DNA of 38,468 nt from positions 1 through 38,468 of the forward strand of contig NKIB01015066.1 in NCBI GenBank assembly GCA_002256025.1, in the 5' to 3' direction. Position 1 is the first letter of the stretch. Every line of letters starts with the position of its first letter. Both the position numbers and the translations under genes were made by a program. This stretch comes from Asterionella formosa. Taxonomy: Eukaryota. The notes under the pieces were generated by a model. It was not told where the DNA came from, ran no database searches, and saw nothing but the letters and a program-made list of their open reading frames with translations. Shown here in pieces: positions 34,089 through 38,468 of the stretch.

Positions 34089-34980
34089 ATGCTTCCCCTT
34101 ACTGGTGACGTTCAACCTTCCCCCATGATGCAGAGAAACCAATCTCAGCAACAACAAGAGCCAACAGAGCAAGTCATGATTGAGGATGATCCTTTAATGA
34201 TAGCCCAAACGCTGACGTATGTCACGGACGATGGCGACACAATCCTGACGTTCAATTCAGCCCCCCTTTCAACTGGTGAGCAATGCTCCATTCTACGTGT
34301 CGTTTGGTATCAACGCCCGTAGAAAGTTTTTTCTCAACCTTCTCGCTTCCTTGTCATTCCACCCCATTGTTCACCTGTGACATGTGAACCTCGGCGCAGC
34401 TTTCAAGGTTCGCGTCATTATTTTGGAGATAATTTTCGTCCTCCTTCTGATATGTGCAGTTCCCATTGGTGCTCACGGAACAGTAGTGGCTGTTTCTGTC
34501 GCTAACCTCATCTTGGTAGCTTGGTTTTGGTATAATTTGGTACGAAATGTCGACATCACCACAGACGGTGGCCTTCGCTTTTGGATTGGCAACATAAGCA
34601 TTGATGTACCCTTTGACAAAATTGTCAGCATGAAGAGAGTGGCCTTGTCCACACCGTGCTCGTGCGTTACATGCAATCCTCATAGGGGTTTCATGAGTTC
34701 GCCAACTGACGGAGTCTGCATCGTTACGACAGTCCCCTCCACTCCATTTTGGTTGTGGCCCAGATCGGCAGGGAAGCCTGACCGCACGTGTTGCTATGGT
34801 GTCCTGGGATGCCCCCGGCTGACAGTGGTATTTTCGCCGGCGGGAGGAGGACTGGCTTTTATTCGAGAGGTGGAGAATGAAATGAGAAATTTTTCGACGG
34901 GAGGACGACCATCCCATGAGAGAGTGCAGCCACCCTCGTACGATCCATCGGCAAAGAAATCAGATTATTTAGATGTATAG
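34089..34980 (+). CDS. Hypothetical membrane protein (2 TM plus a small soluble, possibly PH-like domain); about 255 aa, 2 exons
   Basis: Exons 34089-34275 and 34400-34980 (G|GTGAG...CGCAG|CT) join in frame. Two hydrophobic helices, then DVPFDKIVSMKR and a Cys-containing segment. Confidence 0.8.
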
Positions 34981-35343
34981 TAACGTCAATGTTCAGTTTG
35001 AGTTTTGTTTTCGATGTTCTGGAAATCTTAGTTGAAGTGAATTGATTTCAATGTTCACGTTTTGCTTTTGTGAAAATTTAGGGACAGTTTTCTAAAAAAT
35101 TCTATTTGTTAAGTATGACAACACATGCTCCCTTTCTAGTACAGACAACGGAAACACCAAGACAATATGCAATGCTAACCGCCTTTATGGGGGCCTACAA
35201 GGGCAAAGGAAACCGAGAAAAAAGTGTGTAGACTACTACCAGTTTTCTATACGTTCTATGAAGTTAAAGAATTTACCATATTCATCCCGTTCAGCATGAT
35301 ATTTCCCTTTTCACGAGCAATATGTAATAGAGCTAGAGATGAT

Positions 35344-35646
35344 TCAGCCAGCCTTGCTCCACGTATGCGGCTTTGTCGATGCGTAGCCACCATCGGAACC
35401 GTTTCTTTCGTCTGGGCGAAATTGTAATTTCACTACTTCAGAAACAGGCAAGAAACTATCGTCGTCTTCAACTTCCAAGAATGAGTCCATCTCTTCCTCC
35501 CTATATGCAAAAGAGTAGTCGATATTGTTCCAGCAGAAAATCTTATGTGGAAGTGTCGTTTTCGACCACATATCGGAGCATACCAATTCATTCATGGCGA
35601 AAGCATCGTTCATTAATCCATTCATCCATTTCGTTAAGAAATCCAT
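35344..35646 (-). CDS. Possible 100-aa hypothetical protein
   Basis: ATG-initiated ORF with acidic, protein-like composition in the gap downstream of the JmjC gene; no motif recognised. Confidence 0.35.
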   Translation of the reverse strand: MDFLTKWMNGLMNDAFAMNELVCSDMWSKTTLPHKIFCWNNIDYSFAYREEEMDSFLEVEDDDSFLPVSEVVKLQFRPDERNGSDGGYASTKPHTWSKAG

Positions 35647-35870
35647 TTCAAATTATTGTTGCAGTTGCACTCCGGGGGGATAATGAGGAAACGTTTCGCT
35701 ACTATATGGTGAAAGAGAACTACGGAGGAGGGAGTCGTTGCACGAATTCGGACGTTTGAAAAGAGAGAGAAATCGTGGAACGACTGCGCGCACCCGTGAA
35801 TTCGAAATGAGTTATTTTGAAACAATTGCATATCTACCGCAATTTTGAAATACCAATGCACCTCATCCTT

Positions 35871-37578
35871 CTATCTGAATCGCTTCATCAACCGATCCCT
35901 CGAATTTGTTGACTTTTTGACCTTTATTGGAATCTTGACCTTGGCTACTGGCAAGGCAGCCGTTTCCTTTTTCTTTGCCAACTTTGATGCAGTGCTAGTC
36001 AACGTTTTACTTGGCTTCCATTCCTCGAGTCCCTCATTTGGAACTGGAAAAAATTCGTCGATATCTTCTCTTCTAGACACTTTACGGTTCGGCATGGGAT
36101 ACAGTGAGGATGACGGAAGGGTGATGCGAAAACCTGTGGATTCCACTTTCATTGACGGCGACGCAATACCGGTAGTTAGCTTCAACTTTGGTTTGTCGCG
36201 ATATGAGGGGTTTCGACAGATGCCATCCCTTAGAATCCGATCGCGCTCCTTTTCCAAGGCTTCAATCATTTGTTCAACCGATTCGCAATCACATTCCTTT
36301 GCAGCCCCTATAGCAGCAGTGACCATGAGGGGACTTGCTTGCAACTTCCACCACTCCTTCAAGGCATATAATAGTGTTTTCAATCCATCTACTTCCCTCT
36401 GGCATACCGTTCCTGTTTTCATCGATTCCAAATACATTCCGGCTACATAGAATTGCAGTTCGAGATAGGACGGAAACCGAAACTTTTCTGGTACCCGTGT
36501 TCGAGTCTCGAGATTATTAATGGAAAGTTGTTTCTGAATTTCCAGTCCATGCAGAAAGTTTCCTCCAAAGACTAGTGAATCTCTAGGAGTGTAAACAGCA
36601 TGGATCCATCCAGAAGGAATAACGAGGGTCTGACCTTCTTGAAGTTGAATCTTGACTGGTGTTTCCGGCATCATGTCACACAACCACACTTGAGATTGAT
36701 TTGACTGACAAAGCCATTCTTCGTAAATCCTCAGATTCTCGTCCGTCGGTTCGATTAAAATAAATTCCTTGCTGCCTTCCAAGACATGATACCATACACT
36801 GGTTCCTCCAAAGTCAACATGGAAGTCAGTATAGCATCCGGCGGTGGATGTTAAACAATAATATTGAACAGTTGGAGCGTCGTGCGGTCGGCCTTTCGGC
36901 CACGCATGGTCGATCCAATCCAGATCTCGAACAAACTGAGGCGACTTGATATACTTGGAAAGGGGAGTCTTGCTAAATTCCATACTGATTTGGTTCAATA
37001 CCTTGGGCTGCTGGAGTTTGGAGGTAGTGGTTGCTGTTCGTCGTTGTCTTCGACTACTTTTGTGATTCGACTGCTTCATCCGCAACAATCGCTCTTCATC
37101 TTCAAAGTATTCTACCAAATCCCCCAACGTCCATCCTTCTAATTCTTCCTGGTGCTGTACGTCAATCACACTGATCGGATATTTGTGGCCGACAATGTCA
37201 GCCACGTCCCTGATTCCCATCTTTGGCGGTACCTTCATGCCTATCGATTGAGGAGTATCCTGCACTAATATTGGTTTGGTTGGGTTGAAGACATCATTCT
37301 TCAAGGCATGTGCTGTCAGATCCTTGCCATTGATACAAATTTGCAAGGCGGACGACGCATCAGATACTGGAATCGCTAGAAAGCTGGGAATATGATGATT
37401 CGCATACGGCGTTGCGTTGTGGTCCTGTGGGCGTGCGATTCTCGCCGTTAGCTGGATTCGTTTGGTCCTACTCAGGCTGCCCGGCGTGACACTCTGAGCC
37501 TTCTACACACGGGAGTGATCTTACCTCCGTCCTTTGCCGCGGCGCCATTCCAAAGGCATCGTCCAAGTAACTCTCCAT
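35871..37578 (-). CDS. JmjC-domain histone demethylase, JHDM1/KDM2/KDM7-like; about 535 aa, 2 exons
   Basis: Exons 37578-37525 (MESYLDDAFGMAPRQRTE|GTAAG) and 37424-35871. Motifs VIDVQHQ, NQISMEFS, VQYYCL...YTDFHVDFGGTSVWYHV..GSK, IPSGWIHAVYTP.DSLVFGGNFLH; HxD...H iron ligands intact. Confidence 0.94.
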
Positions 37579-37996
37579 GCTTCGTCAAACAACACTTGAA
37601 CAGGGAAAGTCGAAGTCTGACCTTTTTGTACTCTTCATGAGGGTATTTTGTGTTCAGCAGTACATAGTAGATTTTAGTACCTGGTACCATACTAGTAAGT
37701 ATCCTGGCTCTCCGAGTTCGAGGGCAGTAGGTACAGATTATAACGGTATGGATACTAGCGGTGAGCAATCCTGCACATCGATACAGATATATATAGAGTT
37801 GGGGTTATGTCAAATATATCGGAATTCAATAATGAGAGAACTCAACTAACACCCATTCTATACTTTTGATGTCAGTTCAGGAAATGAGTTATACATAAGG
37901 ATTAATTAATAAGCTCATATATTCAACAAATACTACTACTTCTAGTTAGATACTTCACTTTGAATTCAAAAAGAGTCGAATTAGAAGACAACAAAC

Positions 37997-38468
37997 ATGG
38001 CAATGTATTCAAGGGTTCCTGTGATTCCTTTGATCAAAGACTACAATGTATTGACTATCAAAACTAAAACGTTCAGAGTTGCTTTAACCGGTGGAAGGTT
38101 TGAATCGTTTGATCAAGATATGATCGATGGAAGCTCAGTGGAAGCATTGTTAATTGGAGTTAGTCAATTTCGTGATATGGCTAACACATGTGATTTTAGC
38201 CCTGCAGATACCTTTTCCTATTTTAAAAGGTGTTTGACAGACATTGCCTTATCGGATTGGTTGAATGTGGAAGTACACCCAGAAGATCAATCTTACGATA
38301 GTTTCGAAGAAGCGATGGCTTTATGGTTAGACGATCGTTTGCCAAATGAGAGTTTTCAACATCAACGACAATGGATGCTACGTTATTTATCTAAACCCTT
38401 TTCCATGTTGGTAATGGATTACGGAGCTCGTATTAAAACTTTAAACAGGCTACTTCAACTAATGCCTC
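37997..38468 (+). CDS. Intact 5' part of a gag/capsid-like ORF; runs off the window and is absent from the ORF track
   Basis: 157 uninterrupted codons: MAMYSRVPVIPLIKDY...DGSSVEALL...FSYFKRCLTDIALSDW...FEEAM..W...FQHQRQWMLRYLSKPFSMLVMDYGARIKTLNRLLQLMP. The Q..W/YM....KP..M.V.....R+..LN.LL..MP pattern is recalled from algal retrotransposon gag proteins. Confidence 0.72.
   Translation, partial: MAMYSRVPVIPLIKDYNVLTIKTKTFRVALTGGRFESFDQDMIDGSSVEALLIGVSQFRDMANTCDFSPADTFSYFKRCLTDIALSDWLNVEVHPEDQSYDSFEEAMALWLDDRLPNESFQHQRQWMLRYLSKPFSMLVMDYGARIKTLNRLLQLMP

Noticed and set aside
37870..37928. TG...CA segment upstream of the gag-like ORF as an LTR
   Set aside because: Only about 60 bp, no PBS (TGG) follows, and it is not shared with the left paralog.
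1..38468. tRNA, rRNA, Fanzor/TnpB or viral hallmark genes
   Set aside because: None recognised by eye; tRNAscan-SE, Infernal and HMM searches would be needed to exclude them formally.

Overview
Eukaryotic, intron-containing DNA with short GT-AG introns and compact genes. The gene set and copia/PIF elements point to a stramenopile, most likely a diatom (inference). Host genes in order: a DnaJ-type Zn-finger + TrmN6-like SAM methyltransferase (+); a 7-exon full-size PDR/ABCG transporter (-); a small single-TM protein (+); a 3-exon sedoheptulose-7-phosphate cyclase with EEVS (2-epi-5-epi-valiolone synthase) fingerprints (-); a GLYR-type beta-hydroxyacid dehydrogenase (-); a BAR-PH-ArfGAP-ANK protein (+); a 1355-aa disordered protein with a repeated Trp motif (-); a 2-TM protein (+); a possible small ORF (-); and a JHDM1/KDM2/7-type JmjC demethylase (-). 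Between them lie transposon islands: the 3' end of an internally deleted Ty1/copia with its LTR; a second inverted, truncated copy of that LTR 21 kb away; a 1.9-kb non-autonomous TIR element holding a 43-bp hairpin, plus an older copy of its right end; copia RNase H and hAT remnants; a full-length but decayed two-gene PIF/Harbinger; and two copies of a stand-alone gag-capsid-like ORF. The main leads are (1) the EEVS gene sitting with a methyltransferase, an NAD(P) oxidoreductase and an exporter in a block bracketed by inverted LTRs (candidate cyclitol/gadusol-like cluster, speculative), (2) the gag-only ORF family and (3) the G-U-biased hairpin. All calls come from reading the sequence by eye; no searches were run.
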